Source: Mesotaenium endlicherianum
Taxonomy: Eukaryota
DNA: 33,803 nucleotides
Assembly (NCBI GenBank): GCA_009602735.1
Contig: WELA01000805.1
Location: 688,273 to 722,075, forward strand
Direction: 5' to 3'
The position numbers were made by a program, and so were the translations under genes. The notes below the pieces were generated by a model. That model saw nothing but the letters and a program-made list of their open reading frames with translations. It was not told the DNA's origin and ran no database searches. Shown here piece after piece: positions 1 to 9,764 of the stretch. The stretch's first letter is position 1. The number at the start of each line of letters is the position of its first letter.

Positions 1-524
1 CCCCCTCCCTCCCCTCCCCTCCCCTAACTCCCACCTCCCCCGTCCCCCCTCCCCACGATTGTGACATTGTGAGCCTGCTTCCTCTCATATGATTGAAGTA
101 AGAATAGGAGTTCGGCCCGAGCTGGAGGAGGTAGCTTGGCTACGATGGCATCGAAGAAGGCATAGCTAGAGAGGCAGGAGAGCGAACGGAGCGCTCCCCC
201 CCCGCTGACTCTCTTTGCCATGAGCCATGAAGGGGTCTTCTTCTGCTTTTTGGTGACCAGAGCAGACCACCAGAGTGTAGGATCCGGTGCCTGGCTGGCA
301 TGGAAGGAGGAGATTGGGGGTGCTGCTCTTCCTTGGAAAGTTGCCACGTGGCATGCAGCTTCTTCACCACCTAGCCACGGGAGGGGTGGGGGGGGGAGGG
401 GAGCCGTCCTCCTCCCCCCCTCCGCCATTCTGCCTCGCGTCATGCATTCACAGATGCCCGGGACTAGTACTGTGTGCTTCGTTCGGCGCACATGTCACAA
501 ATGAGGCGCCCTGCCAGCAGCAAT

Positions 525-566
525 GGCCGATTGACTGGCCATTGATTGGCCATTGATTGGCTATTG
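525..566. repeat. Short degenerate tandem repeat of an 11-mer (GGCCATTGATT) containing ATTGG/CCAAT cores
   Basis: The sequence ggccgattgactggccattgattggccattgattggctattg is read directly. Confidence 0.6.
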
Positions 567-843
567 TGAGATAAAGAACTCTGAGTGACGGGCTGTGTGC
601 CCGAGTGTACAGGGAGGGCGTGTCCGTAGCTCAGCGGGCGTAAGTGTTGCGCGCTGCACCGGTGCGACTGGCTTTCGGGCCGTGCTTAGGACACAACAGC
701 AGAGCATAGCATGCTCCTCCTAGGCAGCGCCAAGTGTCGCTCTCCTGCTTGCCTACCTCTCGCTCTGAGAGCGCACCCCCTGGCGGCAGGGCAGACACAT
801 GAGGCTTTCTTTCCGACTACTTGCGCCGGATGTCGGTGTGCAG

Positions 844-1436
844 GCCAGAGTGATGTCCGCCGTCGATTGGCCCGCCTAGGGGCACATCTGACCTCCCCCC
901 TTCCGTCCCACCCATGCTCCTCCCTTAGCGCCAATCTGGACCACCACACCATGAGGACCGGTGCCGTGCCTGGCCCCGAACCTGCCGCCGCGAGGCCCTC
1001 ACCTAGTGCTCTGGCTGCGGACGCTGTAGCAGGTTCGGCAGGCACTCTGAGGCCGCCAATCACGACACACGTGCTAGATGTCGCGCTTGGGAAACCCGCC
1101 GGCGGCATTGGCATAACCCTCGAGAGCCTGTGCGGCGCAACTCCCCTGACGCTGGGCGGGTTTCAGAAGGGCGTGGAGTGGGTGCCACTTGGCACCTCCA
1201 AGACCGACGGGGATGGCCGATCCGGAGCGCTCATGGATGCGTCTGATTACCTTGCCCCCGGGACGTACCGCTTGACTTTTGAAGTGGAAGAGTATTACAA
1301 CAGAGTGCAAGGAGCCCCAGGGTTCTATCCTCATGTCATTATCGTCTTCGAGGTCAAAGCTTCGCAGAGCAGAGAGCATTTTCACGTCCCGTTACTTCTT
1401 GCACCATACTCTTATAGCACATATAGGGGTAGTTGA
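844..1436 (+). CDS. TTL: Terminal exon of transthyretin-like protein / 5-hydroxyisourate (HIU) hydrolase; probably the C-terminal half of bifunctional OHCU decarboxylase-HIU hydrolase
   Basis: The translation has PITTHVLD..GKPAGGI, TDGDGR, PGTYRLTF, FYP, HFHVPLLLAPYSYSTYRGS* (the HIUase YRGS C-terminus). A tgcag acceptor ends at 843, followed by PTS2-like RLARLGAHL (864-890). The upstream OHCU decarboxylase exons are not recognisable in the window and are inferred to lie 5' of it. Confidence 0.93.
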
Positions 1437-2667
1437 TTGGTACATAAATAATTGCACGTAATTTTGTCAAAACTAAAGCCTAAAAGTTTATTTGATCTTC
1501 TGGGTACCGAAAGAGAAAGCTTAGCTCATTACTCTTGTAAGGAGCAATTGTGTTAATTGTATACAACAGTTTCCAAAACCAAGGTTTAGAATCTTATGGA
1601 CCTCATGTAGGACTTATATAGTGGTCTTTAGAGAATTGGAAGGGGAGCTCAAGGTTTTTCTCCATGATATCATGATTTCTTGATTTTTATGGATGTTGTT
1701 TCCACGTCCAAAGTTTAAACATTTATATGCAAACAAAATTTATTGGCATACGTCATCTATGTGTAAGTATATCGGATTTAAAATGTACACATTGAGTTTA
1801 AGTAAACTGTGAAAATTATCATACGTACACATATTTGTATACGTTCTTTGCAAAAGTACAACAAACGAAGATAGTCATATGTCATTCTTGCCGTTGAGGC
1901 ACTCAGTGGTAACCTAGGATTCATCCGTTTAAATCGGTCGACGGATTTTAAGCGCGTGAAATCGTGTGGAACCGACACATTTAGGGATGCTTCAAAAATT
2001 TCCTCCGTTTTTCGCTTTGCTGACGGGTCAGTCACCTCCCACGCTTACATGCTGCCGGTTATGTTGTCGTGGCCTTTAACACGTTGACGATTGTCCGGTT
2101 TCAATTGTGCCGACACTCTCATGAGTCGGCCATGGTTGCTCTGCATCTTTTTGTAGGCAACAAACAAGTACCAGAATTTGGGCAAAACATTGGCTTCAAC
2201 TTTCGACTTTGAAGTGTTCAAATTTCCCACGAGTTCTTCGAAATGTGTATGCGCTATGTTATGCTCCTACTTCTTGCTTTTCTGTCGGGGTGTCATGCAC
2301 AGCATCCAATTAAATATGTATCTGTATTCGTGTGCATTATGTGTGGCCAATAAAGAACTTTCATCCTCTTATGTCCAATTAGATTAGGACATCAATCTGA
2401 CTTTCAAATCTGTCCACCACTGTTTGCCCATCACCTTCCTCTGTCATGATGTCCGTGTTCTCCAGCAAACTGTGGTTCTTGCAAATGATAGTACGCTGTG
2501 TGAAGAGCAATATAAGATCTTGCAGCAGCAAGACATTTTCATTACACCACCCACATATTTATCTCCGAGAGTTTCTTCTTCACCCACCATGAACACTAGA
2601 TAACATTACTTCAAAATCCGAAGAGGATGACTACGAGCTTCTCACCCATTCCCCAGATTCTCACCAA

Positions 2668-2967
2668 ATGGCAACTGAGAATGGGAAGCGAAAGGTTGAT
2701 GAGATATCAACTTCCGAACATGATCATGTGGACAAGGTAGACAAGGAGAACTCTCGTGGCCAAATCGAGAACAATTGCAAATACTGCGGTCGCAAGAATA
2801 TTGGAGGTGTATTGAGAATTCACTATCACTTGGGTTGTATTCCAGGTTATGGGATTTCAGGATGTTTGAAGGTACCTGCTGCTGTTCAAGCCTATTTTGG
2901 TGCCTGCTGCAAGGATTATATTCGGTGTGAGGTATACAAGGGACCTCAGTCGCAGCTGAAACTCTAG
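2668..2967 (+). pseudogene. BED-type zinc finger fragment, likely the N-terminus of a degenerate hAT transposase
   Basis: CKYCGRKNIGGVLRIHYHLGCIPGYGISGCLKVP resembles the plant hAT BED pattern CxxC...GG(I/V)xRxxxHL...CxxVP. The ORF stops after 99 aa, and no catalytic domain or TIR was found. Confidence 0.65.
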
Positions 2968-3226
2968 CAAAAGCGTGCTTGACATATAAAGACTATGGAT
3001 GCTCTAGCTTTAGAGCACGGGATGTTGAGGAGATGGTGAAGGAGCGGTCCCAAGCTACAAAGAACGCGACATAGACGTATTGTATGGAAGGCAACATCTT
3101 ATAACCAGTGAAGAACAAAACAAGTGAGCAAGAGCATCATATAGGCGACTATACAACAAGCGGTATGTCCTTTACACCACTGCCATAATTTTGCAACTAC
3201 TATCCGTTTGACGGCGCCACACGCGC

Positions 3227-3729
3227 TGTAGTGATTTGAGTTATAATATATTAGTTTGCATATATTTTAATGTTTTCAAATATATTTGGAGTAGTATTGT
3301 GTGGATTCAAGTGTGAATAGGTACTCTAGTGACTTGGTTCATGTCTTTTGAACCTTCTAAGGCATTTTCGAAGTTAGAGGAAAGACCTAGAAGAACTCCA
3401 CGTGGCAAAAGTCAAATGTACCATTTTTAGGTCAAAAGGACATGTGTACATTATTCTAGAAAGAGGTGGCAAGTTTTGGGATGTGTTGGGTGCCAACACA
3501 TCAACATACACCTTCCTAGAAATTGCTTATGTAGCAAGTATATAATCAAGAGCTAGAACATAGGAAGGCATTCCAGACCCACTCTTGTACGTGCCAAATT
3601 CCAGAAAGACATTAACTTTCAAGAAGTCATCTCTCTTTCAAGAAGCTACCACTTGTGTTCAAGGATCCTTGTCTTGAATAGATAAAGTATTCGATTTTAC
3701 TAAGTACTTCATCTATCTGTTTCACTACA
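3227..3729 (+). repeat. 5' LTR (503 bp)
   Basis: It has TGTAGTGA...TCACTACA termini, a TATA-like tatataa near 3539, and a PBS-like sequence immediately after it. Confidence 0.88.
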
Positions 3730-3730
3730 G

Positions 3731-3742
3731 TGCTATCGGAGC
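3731..3742 (+). other. Putative primer binding site (tRNA-iMet-like)
   Basis: TGCTATCGGAGC lies 1 nt after the LTR end and differs at 2 positions from the canonical TGGTATCAGAGC. Confidence 0.6.
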
Positions 3743-3766
3743 TAGGCACTTTGGTAGCACAAGAAG

Positions 3767-4546
3767 ATGGCCGATCCTCAAGACCAACAGCAAGCTTTCG
3801 AAGGAAGCCCTTCCTCTCCAAGACACCCTCCTCCAGCGCCGATGGGAGAGCCCACTCAAGAAAATTTGCAACAACAAGAAGCACCACAAGGAGGAGCACT
3901 GTCAAATCCCGTGGCAGCCGCTATAGCAAAGTTCACCTCACCACAAGGAGTTCCCGCAAATGAGTGGGCAGCCTTTCTAATGACCGTCCACAACCAAGTG
4001 GGCTCGGCCACCTATGAAGCAACCGTGCAAGCGTCAAGAGAAGCTATGGCTGCCATGGTTGCCCCTATTGCAAGCAATGCTCAAAATCCAGCCCCGGCTC
4101 AAGCGCCTCCACAAGAGCCAACGAGAGCAAGGAAACTCATCAAGCCCGGCAAACCCGACACTTTCAACCCCGGGAAAGGTGCCAACCTGAATTTATGGTT
4201 CTACCAAGTGGAGACGTACCTCGCATTCCTTGAAGTACCCGAGGAGGATTACGTTCCCTTTGCCGTTACCTTACTTAGAGGAGCAGCAACATCATGGTGG
4301 CGTAACTATCAAGCGGCTATATATCAAGCTATGGCGCACCCCATGCTCGGCCAAGAGCCCCCACCATCATATGCAAGATGGGCAGATTTTCGTGAGGCCC
4401 TCAAGAAGCAATTCATGCCCATCAATGCGGAGAAGATTGCCCGAGGAAGGCTCCACCATCTCAAGCAAACGACGTCCGTTCAAGAGTATACATCCAGATT
4501 TCACGCCCTCACTCTTGAGATCCCCAACATGTCTCTATTTTACTAA
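3767..4546 (+). CDS. Retrotransposon Gag (Ty3/Gypsy capsid), C-terminally truncated
   Basis: KPDTF...WFYQVETY...AVTLLRGAATSWW...WADFREALKKQF...RLHHLKQTTSVQEYTSRFHAL is a typical Retrotrans_gag pattern. The stop codon comes from the fused 3' LTR remnant. Confidence 0.9.
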   Translation: MADPQDQQQAFEGSPSSPRHPPPAPMGEPTQENLQQQEAPQGGALSNPVAAAIAKFTSPQGVPANEWAAFLMTVHNQVGSATYEATVQASREAMAAMVAPIASNAQNPAPAQAPPQEPTRARKLIKPGKPDTFNPGKGANLNLWFYQVETYLAFLEVPEEDYVPFAVTLLRGAATSWWRNYQAAIYQAMAHPMLGQEPPPSYARWADFREALKKQFMPINAEKIARGRLHHLKQTTSVQEYTSRFHALTLEIPNMSLFY

Positions 4547-7500
4547 GTACTTCATCTATCTGTTTCACTACACGCGCAGCACAAGTCGCGGCTGCCTAGG
4601 TACGGTTGGTCAGCATTGACTCACCGACCTAGAGATTGATTTCATCACAGGCAGCGGCATAAGTCAAAGTCTAAGTCACTGGAAAGAGTGACTGTGACAG
4701 GTTAATTGACACTCAGCCATGAGTGGGGTCTTGACGGACAGGTCAGCTGAAAAGCTAATTGCTTGGGACCAACGATGGTCCATGCCAGCAGATGCCAGTA
4801 AGGCAACACTGACTGGGTAGCCAAGCTGGCAATGCCACGACAGGGAAGTTGTAAGAGGCTGTGTGCCACCTCGGCTAGGACCCTTGTGTGACAGCCACAA
4901 CTTAGGCATCCACCGCGAGCGTCACGAGCCACAAGCCACATAGGCGTGACCGCTGACTGAGAAGCCGAGCAGACATGCGCGACAGTCACAAGACGTGTTG
5001 CATGCCAAGTGACGATTACAAAGCTAGGTCTTGAACAAGGACGGCACGCAAACCAAATGCTGTGACTAAGCGTTGGCATTCTCAAGAGAGGGTGGCATGC
5101 GTGGTGCCTGGGAAAGGCACGAGCCTTGCACGAACCTGCCTCATTCTTGCCCTCACCTATTGCCAAGAAGTAAAAAGGAGCGCAGAAGCGGGAAGGAGAG
5201 GAGAAGAAGAAGAAGCGCCAAGGAGAAGGAGTTCCCAAGGCCACAGGGGAGCCAAGAAGCCACGCTTTGGCCGACACTTGAAAATTTCTCTCTCATAGAA
5301 TCATAGAAGAGTTAGAAGTACGGAGTTTCCAAGAAGGGATCTTGCTTGTAGGAGATAGAGAGCTTGCAAGATAGAATCTGCTTGGAGCCTAGTGCAGATT
5401 CGAGCCGAATGCCACAAGCGTGTGAGAGGCGCATAAAATGGTGAGTGGTGTGTTAGTTTCCAAGTTCTCAGAAGTCTCGAATGTCGACTTGCACATAGCC
5501 AGAAGCAGGATTAACAAGAAAGCTCTCAGTGAAGAACTGAGCGAGCCCAATCAAACAGTGTAAACTGTTAAGACGCGGTGTTGAGCGAAGAGCTCAAACT
5601 AAGCTAGCCTAGATACCATAATTTCAGAGATTTGTAACCTGTGACTTTGTGAAAGTTAAGCGAAAGCCCTGGTGGGCGATTTTCTCCGAATCTGGTGTTG
5701 CTGGTTAATCTGCTTAGACGTGATTCCTGAAAACTACAAAAATTTTCCACTTGAGTAAACCTTCAACTTGGGCGAAAGCCTCTTGGAAGTAAGACACTTC
5801 TGTCCTTGTAAGGAGAATTGGAGTAAGGAAAATTTTTTGCAAAATTTACGAAGTCTTGAAATAGTAAGAGTAGAGAACCAGTTCGGTGTGCAAACACTAA
5901 ACTCTTGAGTGCCCTCACTCAATGGTACACCTGCAGAAAGACCAGAAATGGGTCAACCTAAGTCAGATTTCCACCTACACAAGTGCAAAGGTTGATCGAC
6001 CAGGGACCATATGCACGCGAGAAGGACCACCGTCATGTCAACCAGGTTGACGTTACGCGTGCTGAGAAGCTACACACTTGCCCAGGAACCGACACTGTTA
6101 GGCACGACAATGAAACTGAGCCAATTGACCTCTTGAGGTCAATCGAGATTTTTTGATTTGATTCAATGCAAACGGATCGCGTCGAGGTAAATCTTGGTCC
6201 GTCATCGATGAAATATGGATGTGGTACGGTCACCGTGACTTTCATAGTTGAGATGCAAATAAGCTATCGCGTGGCCGGCGGAAATGCCACATTCCCAAAT
6301 TCCTCACAGTAAGCTGGCCATAAGCCAACGTTAAGCTCATCGATTCGTCAGAGAAGTGATGGGAAATCATATCCAACTTTCGGTAAATGGTAGGCGAGCA
6401 AGGATCATGCCCACGTCGTCGAACCGCTTTCATTTTCGGGTCCAGGCCCCATTGCTCGGCTAAAAGCAGCTAAAAGCAGGTAAAAGTAGCTAAGAATTTT
6501 GCCAAGGTGCCTCGCCTGGTCCCACCGCGACTTCTCCTTTCCAGCACTCGTCGTGCCACGTCCGTGCAGTTTGCTCGAGTTTAAGTGCATGCTAGAGCTC
6601 AAGTCCAGCAGAGATTGAGAGATTCCTGACGACCTGCTCCCAAGTCAGGACATTTTTGGTTCATATCGTGTCATGCCTAGGGAGCAGTGGGTGTGGAGTC
6701 TGGACTCTGGAGCGTGGTCATCTGAAGCATTAGATGCCAAGTTCCAATTATAGCCGCAGCCTGCAGGCTGCCAAACGATGGTACCCTCATTGACCAGAAA
6801 ACGGTAATCTAGATTCTATATGCGGTGACAAGTTAGCAGTGACGCACTGCAAAGTACGGCTTGAGCATCGAGTGGCATGTAATGAAGGTGGTACAGGACA
6901 GGCCCCTCTTTTTTGCGATTTCTAAACGATATCTTTTAAATCGTGAGCCGCAGTTTTCTTTAAATCCTTAGATTTTACAGAAATCTGTGAGAAAGATAAC
7001 TGGATGTGATTTGAGAAAACCGATCTATGTGATGTTTCATTTATGTTTTCCAAAAGTTCCTTGAAGATGCTCCCCGTCGGGCAGAGGATGTTCTGAAATC
7101 CACGAGTTTTGTCGAATCGAGGGGCCTGTACATGGCATGCCCATGGATGCACACATGCAGGACTATATATATGTAGCTGTCAAAGATCCAAAAGGAACCT
7201 GCCAAAACGTACCCCAGGATTCGATATATATTTGACGTTATTCCATTTTCTGAATATTCATTTAACAACTCATACATAACTACAGACATTTCCGGTTTAT
7301 ATCCTCCTATCGAGTGCGATTATACAACAAATTACGGAAAATTACTTCTTCGTATGTTTTTCTCAGAAACAACAACGTAAAAACAGTATGTCAAATAGTC
7401 GTTTGTGGAAATCCTGGCTGTCAGGGCCAGGATGTTGCTAGACGACGTTGTGGTCGAATCCTGGGGCCTGGAGTCTGGAGTCTGGACCTTGCCAATGTCC

Positions 7501-7835
7501 TTGGAATGAACAAAAACAATCCAAAATCTGAAGTTTAAAAGTTGAAGCTAGCCATGCGAGAAATCATTGTCACGATAGTTACACGGATACCTATTACCTA
7601 CGTAGTCATATGATCCGATTCAGTTGGGATATGAGCATAATGGTACACTTGTTGGTCGTGCTGGCCTCGATTAGCGCCTAGCGGCTCAATCGAATCTGCT
7701 AACGACAATCTGCAACAGTTCTGCTCGTCCCGGTCTCGTGTGTCTCGTTGGTCTCGTTGTTTCGTTTGTGTTTGTGTCTAGGACCTAGGTACGCTAGAAG
7801 AGAGGTTGCCTGGACTTTTTGCACATCGGAGGTCA

Positions 7836-8046
7836 TATAACTATGGGGTGATAACTCCCTTTGAAATTTGGGCGCCCATTGTGACACTTTTTCAATTGCG
7901 TCAAAAATCAATGTTTTTGTAAATTTTGCCTCTGGAGATTGGGCAAAAAATTAATGAAACTGGAATCTTTGCGCACGACTTGCACTTTGGGCGAAAAGAA
8001 TCAATGAAACTGAAAACTTTGCGACAGTTACCCCCCCATGCATATA
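7836..8046. mobile_element. Possible degenerate MITE-like element
   Basis: Imperfect 21-bp inverted ends (7836-7856 vs 8026-8046, 16/21 matches) enclose two ~35-bp internal direct repeats (7941-7974, 7989-8024). Confidence 0.3.
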
Positions 8047-9232
8047 ACGGTTGACCCAGAGCCAAAAGCATTCTGAAGTCAGAACCATTTTGAAGCATGG
8101 CCATTCCAAGTTCCACGCACTACTTCGGCCGCTGAAAGCGCAGTACACCACAGTGCACACCACGCTCAATTTGCATCTATCGTCGCCCAACCCTATGGCC
8201 AACCCATCCCGGTCCTAGCCAGCCCAATCCAGCTCAATCTGAGCCCAGCCCAACCCCTTGTGACTGACAGAGTGTGAGTTACCTATCGTAGTGTCAGCAC
8301 CGGCTCGTTTTCTGTAAGCCTCCCATGTGCAGTGTGGCAGGCTTCAATTGTGTTTTGCAGTTCATCATTCTGCTACAGCTCTGAAGGTCGAGCAGTTTTA
8401 CTGAAGTCAAGCGTCTCGATAACTCTTCATTCTGCTGCTTCGGGTTTGAGTTGCTCACTTTGTAGGGCCCAACTTGTACAGAACAGGTGTGTCCATAAGC
8501 GCTTGAGAGCTTGCATATACAGTCTATGGAGATCACTCGTGTATTACCTAGGTCAAGATGGTATTCATTGTCAAGATCTGTCCATCGACCGAGAGTCAAC
8601 ATGATCTACTTGTAACAATTCGAAGATATAGTACTTCAGGTCTAGTCGGCTAGATAATTGACCTTGAGAAGCAAAGTGTAGAAAAAACACCAAACTGCTG
8701 TGCAAGCGGACACTGCTGCTGCAAGTTAATAGATCATTTGAAGCTTTGTAGCACAAGAATATATTAATTCCTTCAGTGTCGATCTACATTGACAAAAAGA
8801 AAGTGCCCTATACAGGATTCTTCAGGTCAAATGTATCAACCCATTTTGCGAGCTTCAGGTTCTCACTCTGGCGCTGTCGAAGTTGACTTTTGGCTGACCC
8901 TCCTAGGCTGCTTGTAGTCACATAGGATCCTTCCCCAAAGAAATGACCCACTGAATCCGTCTAAGCCCAGCACCCGGGATGATTGATAGTACAGCAGATA
9001 CTTTCCGTCGTAACATGCGAGTGTCAACCCTTGCGTTCCTTTACCCTTTCCCGGGCTGATCCAGTGCACTGAGGACCCAGTGCACTGAGGACTCACTCAG
9101 AGCTCCGCTTTTGGGAGCTCACAAGTCATCAGGCAGCCATCTTGGGGACGCGGGGTAGGTCAGGCCAGCGCCATCACCCAGGCACTCGCTTGAGGAATGC
9201 TGTAAGATTTGCCACAGCAACCCAACCAGGTC

Positions 9233-9764
9233 ATGCTACACGTTATGGATCGAGGATGGCCAGCACAGCCAAAATTTCCCTCGACCTCGATGGGCTGCAT
9301 TGGCAACTCCCTTGCGTGGGCCCCCACAGACCTCAGTAGCCGACCTCCGGCAGCCACCGCCGCCGTCGCTGCCGCCGCCGCAGCAGCAGCAGCAGCAGCA
9401 GGAGAGGCCATGGCCGAGTTTTTCTCCCCCGTGCCGCCGCTGCAGCCTGGCCTGACCGGGCCCATCAACCCTGGCAGCCTCCTCGAAGCCCTGCAGCTGC
9501 AGCGCCAGCACCAAGAGCACCTCATCTGGCAAGGCAGCACTGCTTCAGGCGCAAGCAGCAGCACAGGCCTGGATGCAGACCCATTCCTAGAGCACGCTCC
9601 GCAACTCACGAGCGCTGCTGGAGAGCACCGCCCGCCCGCGCGGCCGCCTGTCTTGCCGCGCGAGGCTGCGCCTGCGCCACCTGGCAATGGCGACGGCAAC
9701 AGCAACGGCGACGGCAGCCGCGTGCTGTGCAGGCTGAGCGTATTTCAGCACCGGCAGCACACAG
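9233..9764 (+). CDS. RKD: RKD exon 1 (poly-Ala/Pro-rich N-terminus ending VLCRLSVFQHRQHT)
   Basis: Open GC-rich frame with a cag|gtgatt donor at 9765, phase 1, matching the next exon. ATG 9233 is tentative (9245 is an alternative). Confidence 0.65.

Larger units (their letters stand above)
3227..4572 (+). mobile_element. Internally deleted Ty3/Gypsy LTR retrotransposon (5' LTR, PBS, partial gag, last 36 bp of 3' LTR)
   Basis: It begins TGTAGTGA (3227) and ends TCACTACA (4572), an 8-bp inverted terminal repeat. CGCGC flanks both sides (3222-3226, 4573-4577). 3694-3729 is repeated exactly at 4537-4572, and a gag ORF lies inside. Confidence 0.92.

Noticed and set aside
525..566. Tandem CCAAT boxes as an internal TTL promoter
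   Set aside because: There is no supporting TATA or start-site evidence, and it is equally explained as a slippage repeat in an intron.
711..843. ATG 711 as the start of a standalone 241-aa HIU hydrolase
   Set aside because: The first 44 codons look intronic and end in a good tgcag acceptor at 843. Plant TTL is normally a spliced bifunctional gene.
3730..3746. Self-priming (Tf1-like) explanation for the non-canonical PBS
   Set aside because: No complement of the PBS was found in the LTR. A diverged tRNA-iMet PBS is simpler.
4580..7300. Possible further transposon remnant, with loose GTGACAGNCACAA-like motifs near 4885-5020
   Set aside because: No termini, TSD or recognisable protein motif were found. 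A repeat-library search would be needed.
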